Shown: positions 1 to 12,450, counted from the first letter of the stretch. The stretch is 34,516 nt of DNA from Conidiobolus incongruus B7586 (GCA_000697335.1 JNEM01008491.1:1-34516); one strand, 5' to 3'. Program-made: numbers and translations. Notes: generated by a model from the sequence alone, not told the origin.

Positions 1-71
1 ATCAATTGTTCGAGAAGTACATATTGTTGTTCAGAGGCTGGGATGAAATTTGTAGAATAACCGTTACCCAT
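1..71 (-). CDS. 5' part of an inverted duplicate of the 1457-1777 gene, truncated by the window edge
   Basis: ATG at 71-69 on the minus strand gives MGNGYSTNFIPASEQQYVLLEQL..., identical to the 1457 ORF, with the same upstream region. Confidence 0.6.
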   Translation of the reverse strand, partial: MGNGYSTNFIPASEQQYVLLEQL

Positions 72-327
72 TTTGAATTAAGTGGCTATAGAAAAGGTAG
101 ATATGCTGGAGAGCTTGATAAATCAGATAATTGAAGTGTGAAAGTATGCTTGTAGGTCTAAACCTAATTGCCAATATTTATAAGGCAACTTCTAAAGTGA
201 TGATGACCAATGATATTATACCTCCTTAATATCAATCAAATCATCGGGTAATTCAACAATATGGAAAAATACAGAACAATTGCCATTGTTCATCAATCAA
301 TCAATCGAAAATAAAACTAAAACAATT
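1..327. repeat. Left arm of a perfect inverted repeat (pairs with 1201-1527); runs off the window edge
   Basis: 1-327 reads as the exact reverse complement of 1201-1527 (ATCAATTGTTCGAGAAG... vs ...CTTCTCGAACAATTGAT); I saw no mismatch by eye. Spacer is 873 bp. Confidence 0.95.
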
Positions 328-362
328 GAAAATTGAATTCAAGCTATTTAATATAACTAACA

Positions 363-367
<5 letters not shown>

Positions 368-393
<26 letters not shown>

Positions 394-394
394 T
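368..394 (+). repeat. (AAT)n microsatellite
   Basis: Uninterrupted AAT run just inside the inverted-repeat spacer. Confidence 0.85.
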
Positions 395-1200
395 TGATAT
401 AAGAGCTATTCAAAATGCTAGCATATATCATTATCATAATAGGTGATATTAAAATGCATTTTAGAACTTAGAATTTTATCACACACTCAGTTTATATTAA
501 TATTCTGACATTACTAGAACTTCAATCTTGTCTCAAACCTCAGTATGCATAATATAATATGATTCTATATCAAACTATGGAATATTGTGTTTAATATACT
601 TTTAATAATATAATTAATAAATACATTAACATTGATAAATAAATTATACATATTACTAAATTCCATGTTTCAGTTGCTATAGTTCACTATGTTCTTATAA
701 TTTTCAAGTATTATTCACTATCGGCTAATGCTAAGCATATCAATTAAATCTGAAATATCGCTATGCTAACATTATATCAATTTTAAAATTGTGATATAGC
801 TGGATATATATTCAATAGCTTTGAAGCTATTACTATTAAACATTCTTCACCTCTTCCATTTAGATACTTCCAAAATGCATATATTTATATTTCAATTAGC
901 TCAGTAATTAATTATCAAAACTAATACATACAATAGCATTGATGACTAATCAAATTATTTTGATTTATTTAATTTTAATTATTACCATATTTGATGTTAG
1001 ATTATAATAATTCGGCAATCTGAAATTTAATTGGATATTCTAAACTAAACAAATAGATTGATATTCTAAATGTTATTATGAATTTATTTTTTAACGATTG
1101 TATAGTAAATTTCAAGTAATTCATTTAGTAAATACTAAGACATTTTAATACATTTACTGGTTTGATAATATTATGCATTATTCCTTATATACCAATTGTT

Positions 1201-1527
1201 AATTGTTTTAGTTTTATTTTCGATTGATTGATTGATGAACAATGGCAATTGTTCTGTATTTTTCCATATTGTTGAATTACCCGATGATTTGATTGATATT
1301 AAGGAGGTATAATATCATTGGTCATCATCACTTTAGAAGTTGCCTTATAAATATTGGCAATTAGGTTTAGACCTACAAGCATACTTTCACACTTCAATTA
1401 TCTGATTTATCAAGCTCTCCAGCATATCTACCTTTTCTATAGCCACTTAATTCAAAATGGGTAACGGTTATTCTACAAATTTCATCCCAGCCTCTGAACA
1501 ACAATATGTACTTCTCGAACAATTGAT
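1201..1527. repeat. Right arm of the perfect inverted repeat (pairs with 1-327)
   Basis: Reverse complement of 1-327. The inner boundary has a tandem 7-bp duplication AATTGTT-AATTGTT (1194-1207). Confidence 0.95.
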
Positions 1528-1777
1528 CCAACAGGCCAAGGAGAAGCCAGAAATTTATTTGAGTGATATTATCGATCAATCTACTGAAAATCACTTTGAA
1601 GATATAAGGAATTTACATAATTTCCCATACAAGCACCCTGAAGAAAAAACACTAAATGAAAGTGTCACAAGAGAAGATACTATAGTAATGGGAGATCGAT
1701 ATCGTAATATATTCAATCAAGAAATATTTCACGCTCGAGAAATGAATGAATGTGTTCTGTTAACCAAATATTATTAA
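1457..1777 (+). CDS. Hypothetical 106-aa acidic protein with an N-myristoylation-like MGNGYS start
   Basis: Single-exon ORF with raised GC, TATAAATA at 1346-1353 and AAAATGG start context. A codon-aligned decayed paralog at 4136 supports coding status. Confidence 0.7.
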   Translation: MGNGYSTNFIPASEQQYVLLEQLIQQAKEKPEIYLSDIIDQSTENHFEDIRNLHNFPYKHPEEKTLNESVTREDTIVMGDRYRNIFNQEIFHAREMNECVLLTKYY

Positions 1778-4135
1778 TGTCAATTTTTTGTAAATACAAT
1801 ATATAACTTTGACCTTGGAACAATAAATTTAATTGGATAATATGTATTTTATATGTTTTTTTAAATCTGATATATGTCAATATCTATAGAATATTTCTAT
1901 CCTAAATGATTACCAATAATTAATAATAAATATATTGAGATAATTTGTATTTGTGATATGGAAATGGTGTGTTTATATTTCAAAATCACACTCATATTTT
2001 AAAATTTGAATATAAAAACCATATTATTCAATAAAATTTCATCAAATCAGCAATTTTCTATATTATCAAAGAACTAATTCTTGAAAATCTTATATAAAAT
2101 TCTATACAGTTAATTTAAATTAATCAAGGAATTATATTTTTAAACTTAATTGTATAAATAACATTAACTTAGCTAATAAACATGGTTTTTTTTCCTCTCA
2201 ATTTTTACTATTCTGGATATTTTATCACTATTCTCTCTAAAAATTTAGACTACACCTATCAATATACTATTGATACTATCTAATATAAAATCTAATATAT
2301 TAGTAATTACTCATTTGTTTACGAAGCTTAAATAAACTTTGTTTACATTACATCATCATGCCACGTTATAGGCAACGTTATTTTTATATTAAGTCTTTGT
2401 CTGCACTATAACTATTTTATTACCTACTATCTTTACCAATCTTTCAATTTAATGATATAATTTTAAAAAATCCATATTTAAATAATATAGAGGATAAGAT
2501 AAAAAAATTTTTTTATGTTTTGATAATTTTAATTATATATTGATTATTAATAATATACAGAATATTTTCAATAAACTTTTAATATAGAATATTATTTTTT
2601 TTAAATAAAAATATAAGAACTATATTTTTAATATACCTTATTTCTATGAATAAAGTTTATTATAAAAATTTAATTATATATTTAAATTTTATATTATTTT
2701 TATTAAAAAGCTATATTGATTTTTTAAAATATATTAATATTACTATTTATTATAGTTTTAATTATTTGATATAAGTATATTTTCCTATTAATATACTATA
2801 AATCCCGATTTATATTTAATACTATAATTTTTAGGAGTTATATGGTAAAAAAAATAAAAATATAAGATATTTTTTATTTTTTTGCGTTATTTAATCTATT
2901 TTAGATTGATAAATAAAAGATTTATATTTATCATAGTATAATATAATTATAATATTGATTGAATAATAAATAATAATTAAAGATAAATTAAATATTATAT
3001 AGACAAAATTTAAATTATAAATTACTAATTAAAAAATTACATTAAATTTAAAATATATTAATTAGTAACATAAATTAATTCATAGAGTAGAAAATATCAA
3101 TATTTATTATATTATTGATAATGGTAACCTTAAACTTTAGTAATAGTAATCAGGGATAGTTACAAAAACAAAAGTCTAATATTTAAAAAATTGATATATA
3201 TATATTCAAATTAACTGATTATTTAAGAATTTTATATAATATAAAGCTATTACAAAACTTAAAAAGTATCATTTCAGTAAACTTGGTAAATTTCATTCGA
3301 TAATGAAAAATAAAGGTGTGATAATTAATATAAGTATTTTATATCGAAATTTCCATTATTAAGTTTGTTAAAGTGTAGTCTAAAATAAAATTTAAAAATC
3401 CATTGTAATTAATTATTATTTATAATTGTTTGTCAATATTTAATAAAAAATAATATAGGATAATATATTTTAAAATTTTGAAATTTTTAATTTTTAATTT
3501 TTGAATTATTAATAATTAGTTATAATAGCTTATATTGAAATTATTTAAAATTTTAATTTATATATGATATTTAAAAAATAATGCATTATTAAATTTTCAA
3601 TGATTACTTTAATAAAGAATAAATATAATATTGAATCAAACTATAATTTGTAAAATAACATTGGTTATAAGGATATAAAGTTTTATTTAACCACCAGATA
3701 ATACATTATATAGATATAAATTTTAATGAAAAATTTAAAAATAAAATGATAAATAAAACAATTTATTGAAAATTTTAAAAAATTTATAAATATTTTTATA
3801 AATTGTTACACAAGAGTATTTTGTAAGTTTTTTATTTATTCAGATTACAATTTTTGATTACATTAAATAATTTGCCAATTCTATTAAGGATTTAATTATA
3901 TTTTTAAATTCAGAATTAGTATAAATCGTGATTGTTTGATTATAATAACAATTTTTGAGTGAATCGCTGGTTCAATTGTTTTAAAGAAGAGTATTCAAAT
4001 TGATATTATATACTTCAATTAGTAAATCTCATTATATATGCTAGTAAATCAATTCAAATTCAGTAAAATTCCCCATTTGAATAATTGATTCAATTCTATA
4101 ATATTACTATTTTTTCTACTATCTCTTATTTCTAA

Positions 4136-4342
4136 ATGAGTAATAGCTATTCAACAAACTTCATTCTTACCATTGAACAACAAAGTAAAATACTTGAATA
4201 ATTGATCCAAAAAGTCAACGAGAAGCCAGCATTATAATGGAGTAACAATATCGAGAGCCCTGTCAAAAATCATAGTGAATTTATGAGAAATTTAAATGAA
4301 TTGGCTTTTAATTTATTGATCGTAAACAGCATGTTGAATTAA
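4136..4342 (+). pseudogene. Decayed paralog of the 1457-1777 gene
   Basis: MSNSYSTNFILTIEQQSKILE*LIQKVNEKPAL*WSNNIESPVKNHSEFMRNLN aligns without gaps to MGNGYSTNFIPASEQQYVLLEQLIQQAKEKPEIYLSDIIDQSTENHFEDIRNLH. Stops are at 4199-4201 (CAA>TAA) and 4235-4237 (TAT>TAA). Confidence 0.85.
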
Positions 4343-6376
4343 TCTTAATTGAAATTATTAAATCTCAAGTGATTAAAATATTAACCTGAGTATTATATAC
4401 GGTGCAATTTTCTAATTTGAAATATACTTTTTTATTCATTTAATGATATTGGTTATATTTACAAACTATATTTTTCAATTTATTCAATATATTAATTCGT
4501 TCACTAATTATTTTTTATTATGAAATCTTGGGTGTTTATGAAAAATATATATTGTTTAAACTTCTTTAATCTAAGAAATAGGTTTGGGTTTATTAATAAT
4601 AATAAATTATTTATGAGTAAAATAAGCGTTGTATATTATAATAAGTTCTTTCAATAAAGATGGCTGTTAGTAAATTATTCAAATCGTTGATTCAGTGAAT
4701 GATATCCTTTAATTACGGACTGATAAAGCCAGCTTAATTTAGAAATAGTATTGGTTTAACTATCAAATCGAGATGGACGCTTAACTTTGAAATACAATGT
4801 AGGTATTCAATAAAAATAATAATTTTAAACTTGTAAAAGTATTGTCTTATTCTGATTATCTTTAGTCTTCAAATCTATTAACATTTGAATATTATTCTAA
4901 GAAAAACAAAAAATATTTTTTGTCTTGCACTTTAAATAAACAAGTGTATAATAATAATTATTTTTCTAGTATTGATTAAATAAAATTCAATAGCATATTT
5001 ATAGCAAAATTGCTAATCTTTCATATATTCAAATATATATATGATTATTATTTGTCTAATAATACAATACCTTAATAGATTTAATAATTAAGTGAAAAAT
5101 TTTGAAATTATTATATTAGATATTAATTAATCTAATATTTAATATAATAATTAAAATAATATATTACAAATAAAATTTTGATTTAATTTTAAAATTATAA
5201 TGATTTGATTTTATAAATTATATATGTATATTACACAGATGTTTTAATCTTTGGAATAACCAATACACTGAAGAATATTTATTTATACTTATATTATATC
5301 ACATATATTTAAAATAGTTTTTTAGCAAAAAATGAATAAACTGGTATTAATATGTATCTTTACTGTGTATTCAACTTTATATTTATAGAATTCAAAATTT
5401 CTATATCCAACTTACATTGCAAGAGCCACAAACCAACCAAAAATTTCTTTTCACAATACTCACTTGAATTATGATTAAACTGATGACAAAAGAGCAATTT
5501 CTTCGTTTAAATCATTTTTAATTAATTTATTCAATCCAAGTTTGAGGTGCATTAATATTTTAATTATCCAAATAAATAAAATAATCTTTGTCACAATAAC
5601 GGTATAATAAATTAATATAATTGAATAATGTGAAGAAAACAACAGTAAATCCTTTTTCATAGTCCAAATTAAAAATTGGTTCCATTTGATTATGACTATT
5701 TACTATATGCTATATATAATTATTTAATGGAGTTAATATTTGAGAATAGTTAGTAGTATTTTTCTACTTTTTAACTGCTAACAATATTTTATTTCAAACT
5801 AATATCAATTACTATTGACAATTAGAAATTGGTAGCAACTCTGTTATTAACAAAAATATCATTGTGTCACTTAAATTATAGATGAAACTTTAGCTTTATA
5901 GTATATTTTATTTGATAATTAAATTATTATTAATGGATATTTTTCACTATATATAACATTCCATAATATATGGCGATATTATTCAATATTTTATATATGT
6001 ATATATCTTAAAAAATGATAATTCATTAAAAGAACCATTATCAAGATTATCAAATTTATTGTAAAAATTTCTAATTATAAAATATTATTTTTATAAAATA
6101 ACATTATTAAATTAATAATTTTTCTTAAAATCTTAATATTTAAGAATAATATTAATATAATTAAATTTAATAAATTTTTTCAAATTAGATTTAAAAATGA
6201 AAATCTTAGAATTTTATCTTCTTGGTTATATTTAATATAATATATTTAATTAATTAACATTGGGATTTTATTTATCAATTTCACTAAGAATCAATACATG
6301 TATAAATATTACAGTGTTGTTTTCATGCTTCTTTATAAACATTCTAATAATTTAATTGATCAACATTGGTTTGAAA

Positions 6377-6665
6377 ATGATGAAATTAACTATCTTGGCA
6401 ATCTCTTTAATCCTTGCTGTTAGTGGAAAGCCTATTGTTACCCCTCCTGCTACTGATAAAGGACCCAACTACAGCCTTATTGCAACCATTCCTATTGAAA
6501 TTGAAACTGCAAAAAACCAACGTATTCGCAAAAATATTGCAATTGGAGTTGCTGATGATAATAAGGATAGCGGTAATGAATATATCTGGTATCCAAGATG
6601 GTGAAAGAACTGATTGGTACGTTGCTACCAGTGGTCATAATAGGGACATTCAATTCCGCGGTTAA
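6377..6665 (+). CDS. Small secreted protein, paralog of 7738-8082; probably frameshifted near 6581-6586 (as read it stops at TGA 6602-6604)
   Basis: Signal-peptide-like MMKLTILAISLILAVSG-KP and TATAAATA at 6301. Coding-like sequence continues in another frame to TAA at 6663-6665 (SGIQDGERTDWYVATSGHNRDIQFRG). Confidence 0.65.
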
Positions 6666-7737
6666 CTTATTTTTAATATATATTATTAAATTATTTATAT
6701 TATTAATATTTTTAAAAAATTTATTTTGAATTATATTAATTAACTTATAATTATTTTAAAACATTAATTTTGATTGAAAAATGAATAATAATTAATTAAA
6801 AACAAGCTTATTGTTTTATATTAATAATAAATAATACTGAGTTTGTGTATATTAAATTTTTAAAATTTTAAAATATTCAATATAACAATTCTTATTTGAA
6901 TATAGTTTTTGACTTAAATAGATCCAATGATTTTTAAATAATAAATATAATATATAACAAATTGTGTTGATTCTCAATACAATAATGATAATAATCCAAC
7001 TTTATTAAGATATAAGATAAGTTCAGTAGTTTGAACGACAGTAATCATCCACCGACTGTTCCTCCTGGATATATTGGGAGACGATGCTCTTGAGATTTTA
7101 ATTGAATGGGTTGCTAGCAATATAGCAACTCGAAGCTCAGCAAAGACATGAATAGAACTTACTAGTGTGAGAGGTGATGACCTTAATTTCACTTGGAAAA
7201 AGCAGACCACAGCAAAAAGTACTTTTTAACAAATCAGACAGACCAGATTGATTATTATTAGATAAAAGTATTTAAGATTAAAAAGTGGATGAGCAGAACA
7301 TGTGATGGTAGTTAAGAATTCTACCATGAAGTTTAAAGAACAAGTAAAATATAACGTGACTGTAGTTTGAAATATATACTTATATTTCAACTATTAAGAA
7401 TAATAATAATAAACCCTCTATAAAGTTTGTATAAATTGGGAATTTAATTAATTTTATTATATTATATTAATTTTTAACATTTTTAATATTTTAAATATGA
7501 ATAATTAAAAAGTTTAAAAATTTTTTATTTGTTTTTATTTTTGATAAAATCTTAGAATTTAATTTACTTGAATAATTTTATTTATATCCTTAAAAGTAAA
7601 AATTTTAAATTTTTTAAAAAAAATTTTTTAATAGTTTTAAAAGTATAAAAGGCATTGAAATAAATGAATAAAGTTATAACATCTATATTATAATAATAAC
7701 AACAATAATAATTAGTCTTAGTCTTTAATTGATCACT

Positions 7738-8082
7738 ATGAAATCTACCATCGTTTCCACTTCTTTAATCCTTGCAATTGCTGGAGCTCCCACTAACAGT
7801 AATTCTCACTCCGATAAAATTGACAAGAGCGAAACAAATTCGGTGCAATTAGCTCAACACAAAAATTCTAATAGGCCTGCTACCGATTTGAATCAGAATA
7901 ACCCCAATACTAACACTGCACCAGCACAATCCTCGGCAATTAGAATTATTCTTCCCAACAATGTCGAGTGGAATAATGACAGATTAATCCAATTGTTAGA
8001 AGGCAGTGATCAAGGTGACGAATACCTTGCACAATTCCAAACTCATCAGAGGACTAGTGGTAATAATTGTATGATTTTGTAA
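7738..8082 (+). CDS. Small secreted Asn/Ser-rich protein (114 aa)
   Basis: ATG at 7738 gives MKSTIVSTSLILAIAG-AP, a signal peptide; TATAAAAG at 7644. Shares TTTAATTGATCA upstream and TCTTTAATCCTTGC within the signal sequence with the 6377 gene. Confidence 0.8.
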   Translation: MKSTIVSTSLILAIAGAPTNSNSHSDKIDKSETNSVQLAQHKNSNRPATDLNQNNPNTNTAPAQSSAIRIILPNNVEWNNDRLIQLLEGSDQGDEYLAQFQTHQRTSGNNCMIL

Positions 8083-9092
8083 ATCCAACTATTTTTCAAT
8101 TTAATCTCTGGAATTTTTAATTATTTTCTATATTTTTATTATATTAAAATAAATAATATTTAATTCAAAAAACAGATAACATATATGTACATATATATTT
8201 ATATTTTTCAAAAATAATTTAAATATATATTTAAAATAAAATTAGTTTAAAATTAAAATTCTTTTAAATTTATTTAGAATTATTTATTATGTTTATTTAA
8301 TATATTATAATCTTTATTTTGGATTATTAATAGACATTCTAAAATGAAAATTTTTTTGATGAAAATTTATATTAAATATTTTAATTTTATTTGATATTGT
8401 TTTAAGTTTTAAATCTTAAATAATAATAAATTTTATTAAAATTACTAAGGTATATTATTCCTAGTGTATGTTCATCATTTAATCATAATGTTTTTAAAAA
8501 TTCAAAAGTATTAAAATCATTAGCTTAAAGATAAAATAAACATTAGAAAATTTTAAAATTCTTAGAATTTTATTTATTAATTATCACCGATTAAAATCTT
8601 TTGAAATATTGATAAATATTAATTAATTTATAAAATTCGAATTTTTGAATAATATGAACTATTAATTGATCTAGAATTATTATAAAATTCATATTAATAT
8701 TTAATCGATTATTCAAGTATTAACTCGATTTTATACTTTGAGCAAAACTTATAATATATTGCACGGTTAAAAGTTTATTTTTTATAGAAATAGAAAATAT
8801 ATTTGCCCATATTTAATTAATTAATTGGATATTAACTATATATTAGCTAAGGTTAATGATTTTGATAACTATTACAATCTTGGATTTTGAATTTCAACTT
8901 CAATCAATAATTTTGGCAAATATCTATAAATATAATATAATCAATATATCAGGTCGAAGTATTTGATAAATATTATACTCAAATACATGTATAAATTTTC
9001 AAAACACATTTATAAATCCTAGATTTAATAATAATAATATCTCAGATATTAAAAAAATATTATAAAACTTAAAACAATTTATTATATTTAAA

Positions 9093-9359
9093 TTATTTCT
9101 TATTACCAAATCTTCTAGGAAATAGAGGGATTAAAAAAAAGTTTAAAAATGACAAATACACCAATTTAAGGCCAAAACCTTGTACGAATGGAACCACTAT
9201 CTGTTGCGCTATAAATTTCGTCGTTTCTTTCGCTAATGTGGTAAGAGGGTGAGGTAATAAGGGCTGCATATGTTTACTCTCTTGAGGGAAGTGTTGATAT
9301 AGTGTTGTGAGGGCTTGAGCTTCAACGTTGGTAGTTTTTATGGATTCTAATTGCGGCAT
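9093..9359 (-). CDS. Small membrane protein (88 aa), weakly Mim1/Mim2-like (mitochondrial outer-membrane insertase subunit)
   Basis: GC-raised single-exon ORF with a hydrophobic C-terminal segment (QQIVVPFVQGFGLKLVYLSFLNFFLIP) and a basic tail. VVPFVQGFG resembles the Mim1 LPFINGxxLGFG motif. Family call is tentative. Confidence 0.55.
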   Translation of the reverse strand: MPQLESIKTTNVEAQALTTLYQHFPQESKHMQPLLPHPLTTLAKETTKFIAQQIVVPFVQGFGLKLVYLSFLNFFLIPLFPRRFGNKK

Positions 9360-9575
9360 TTTTATATTTAATCTGATAATTAAATTTGTGTTTCAATTAA
9401 GTTTATTTTGGTTTTTATGATTAGGACCTCGAAATCCAACATCATAAATACTAAATATAATTTGAAACACTATTATGGGTTTAATATAATTTTATTTAAC
9501 AATTGAACATGTCATCAATTATTAAATCAATTCATCTCTTTATCATTTAATAACAAAATACGAATAATAATAATA

Positions 9576-10786
9576 ATGAAATTTGTTATTCAATATATCA
9601 TATCTCTATGTTTGCTAATATCAATTTATACTTCCCAAGTAAACAATGTAACCGTGTATTATTATTCCTAATAACCCAGATATCAATTTAGCTTCTAGAA
9701 CCTAGTAAAACTTTTGCTATGATAAAACCTGACGGCTTCAACTATGCCAAAAGAACTTTAATTTTCAATAACATAAATTTGAATAATTTGACAATTATTA
9801 CACAAAAAGTAGTTTGGTTAAATAAGAAACAAGCTAGTGAATTTTATGAAGAACATAAGGATAGACCATTTTATGGTGAATTGGTGAGCTATATTACTAG
9901 GTATTTTTATAATATATATATTTTAAAGTAAATTATATTAACATGTTTTCAGTGGTCCTGTAACAATTTTAGAGCTTGAAGGTATTGATGCTGTCAAATC
10001 TTGGAGAACTTTAATTGGTCCTACAGATCCCAAAAAAGCTAAAGTATCATCACCTGCAAGGTATTCTACAATATGTTTTTATTATTTAACTGAATTCTTA
10101 GGTTAACAATTTTTAGTCTTCGTGCTAGAAAAGGTACCGATTTAACAAGAAATTTAGTTCACGGCTCCGATTCTGATAGTTCAGCAAAGAGAGAAATTGA
10201 ATTTATGTTCAACCCTGAAATTCAAGAACTCCCTATAGAATTTAATTTAAACTACAAAGTGAATAGTGATAAAACTATTGTTTTAATTCAAAGTTCACCA
10301 CAAACTATTGTAAAATTTTTGAAAAATATGGAATTTTGTACATTTAAGATTTTATCCAAGAGTTGTGTTCACGATATAACTAACTTGGATCATTATTTTG
10401 GCTTTGGAAATAATTTGAAATCTAAAATCAAGTAATTAATCTTATTAAATTGATTTTATATTGAAACTAATCTCTTCTGGTTTAGTACTGATTCGACTGT
10501 GGTAATGGAAATTGGTAGTGATAAGGGAATTATCCCTCTGATGAATGCTTATTTATTCTTTATAGATAAACCATTAAATTTTAGGTAATTCTAATATCTT
10601 ATTCAAAACAATTAGACTTGTATTAACCAATTATATAGATATTACACTAGCATTAACAATGCTCGTTATCTATCTGATAAAAATATATTCTTCCCCAAAC
10701 CGATTAACACCACCAATGATGAAAAATGCTCAGAATCCTGCGAAAGAAAAGGAACATTCATGAGCTTTTTGAAAAGAATTTTATAA
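9576..10786 (+). CDS. Nucleoside diphosphate kinase with an N-terminal signal peptide and a degenerate second NDK-like domain (~313 aa, 6 exons)
   Basis: Exons 9576-9638, 9692-9900, 9953-10060, 10117-10431, 10486-10584, 10639-10786; all introns GT-AG and in phase (942 nt). Motifs KTFAMIKPDG, FYEEH, YITSGP, WRTLIGPT, SLRA and the catalytic RNLVHGSDS are present. Confidence 0.9.
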
Positions 10787-10859
10787 TTTATTGATATATT
10801 TAAATAAAAGAATTCTAGATTAATAATATAATTCGATGATTCTAAAATGATTCTAAAAT

Positions 10860-11459
10860 TTAAAGAGACTGCAAATATTTCTTAGCAACTTGAGCGACTA
10901 CAGCTTTGGGAGCTCTGGTAGCATCTAACTGAAGACCAGCCATCAATTTGCCCATATCTTTAACAGATTTTAATCCCAATTCGTTGGCAATCTTCTTAAC
11001 TTCAGTCAAAATTTCTTCTTCAGTCAAAGGCAAAGGCAAGTAAGCTTTAATCAATTCAATTTCCTTCTCTTCAACTTCAGCCAGATCGCTGCGATTGCCA
11101 GCCTTGTACTGTTCAACGGAATCCTTTCTACGTTCAATAGCTTTGAACAAGATGGGAGCTAATTCGGAATCTTTGAGTAATTTGGTTCCTGGTTCCATTG
11201 CCTTTTCGGCGTAAGAAATATCAGATAATAAGCCGCGAATTAAACCTGATCTAAAACTGTCTCTAGCTTTCATACTCGTTTTTAAGTCAGATTTTAATTG
11301 TGTTAAAATAGTATTGATAGCTTCTATATACTTAAGTTAATTTTTAGAAATTATAAACTATTTAATGATATTACCATCGGAGTAAAACCTAGCTAAATTA
11401 TAATTAATTAATTTATTGGACACATTTTGTCTTTTAAATAATTTGAAAATTAAACTCAT
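10860..11459 (-). CDS. AIM41: Mitochondrial YqeY/GatB-domain protein (Aim41-like), 182 aa, 2 exons
   Basis: Exons 11459-11375 and 11323-10860. Basic presequence ending ARFYS. YqeY motifs LKSDLKTSMKARD, RRKDSVEQYKAGNRSDLAEVEEKEIELIKAYLP and KDMGKLM. Confidence 0.9.
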
Positions 11460-12450
11460 TTTGAATATAATATTTATAAATTAATATGATTTCTAATTTA
11501 TTTTTAACTTGAGTTATGTATATATAACTATATATTACCATTAATATATTATTAAATTATGGGATTAATCAAATATCCTCCTCTTATTTTTCAATTTTTC
11601 GAAATTATTTTAAAAAATTCATTTGTATTTTTATAGTAATTTTGTAAAATATGTTAAAACTAATTAAATTTAAAGACCAAAATTCACTTTCATATATAGA
11701 TTTTTTACCAATATTAATCATTTACGTCTTGTATGAACATGCTTAAATGTTGTTAAATTGCTGAAATTTATAATACAATTGATGGGAAATGAAATATTAT
11801 TATATTTGATTCATTTGATAAATTAATAAAAGATTATAAATCTGATTATTTATATCGATTTTTCTCTATTTTATAAAAATGAATATAACTTCATTTATCT
11901 TTGGACAATTTTTATGGCTAAAAATTCTATATTAAGAATTTGTAAATTAATACAAATGTTCATATTATGTCATTGATAAAATTTTTTAATATATTGCATT
12001 TAAAATTAATATATACATGATCTTAATTATATATCATTCAAATATATTATTAATGTAATAATGTTTAAAGTTTTTTATTCAGTTACCTATGATCAATCCT
12101 ATAAAAATTTATTTAACAAATTGGTGATTGATATTATTAGATTTCAATGTATCGATGACTATAATATCAATGTAAAATTTTGATTTAAAAAACAGCGAAA
12201 TAAACTCAATTTATTTAGTTGTACAATTCAACAAAGATAGTTTGTAAGGGTAAAATAGGGGATTTAAAATGATGGGATAAAAGTGGGGATATCACATAAT
12301 ACTTGAGTAAAAAATATTTACTGAATAAAGAAAAATATTTCAGCTGATATAATTGATGGCTTAGAATTACAAAGATTAATAAAATATTATATTATGTAAT
12401 TTATCTACGCCATCAGATAATTTGTTATAGTATTTATCAACTTATAATAA

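Noticed and set aside
1394..1594. 66-aa minus-strand ORF
   Set aside because: Antisense shadow of the 1457 gene; the decayed paralog preserves the plus frame.
5475..5660. 61-aa minus-strand ORF
   Set aside because: I/L/K/Y-rich translation typical of AT-rich noise, with no recognisable motif.
6974..7380. GC-raised island with a 78-aa minus ORF between the secreted paralogs
   Set aside because: Non-ATG start, plus frames interrupted by stops, and no family recognised. It may be a decayed element but cannot be assigned.
10837..10858. ATGATTCTAAA tandem duplication after the AIM41 stop
   Set aside because: Two-copy local slippage, with no evidence of function.
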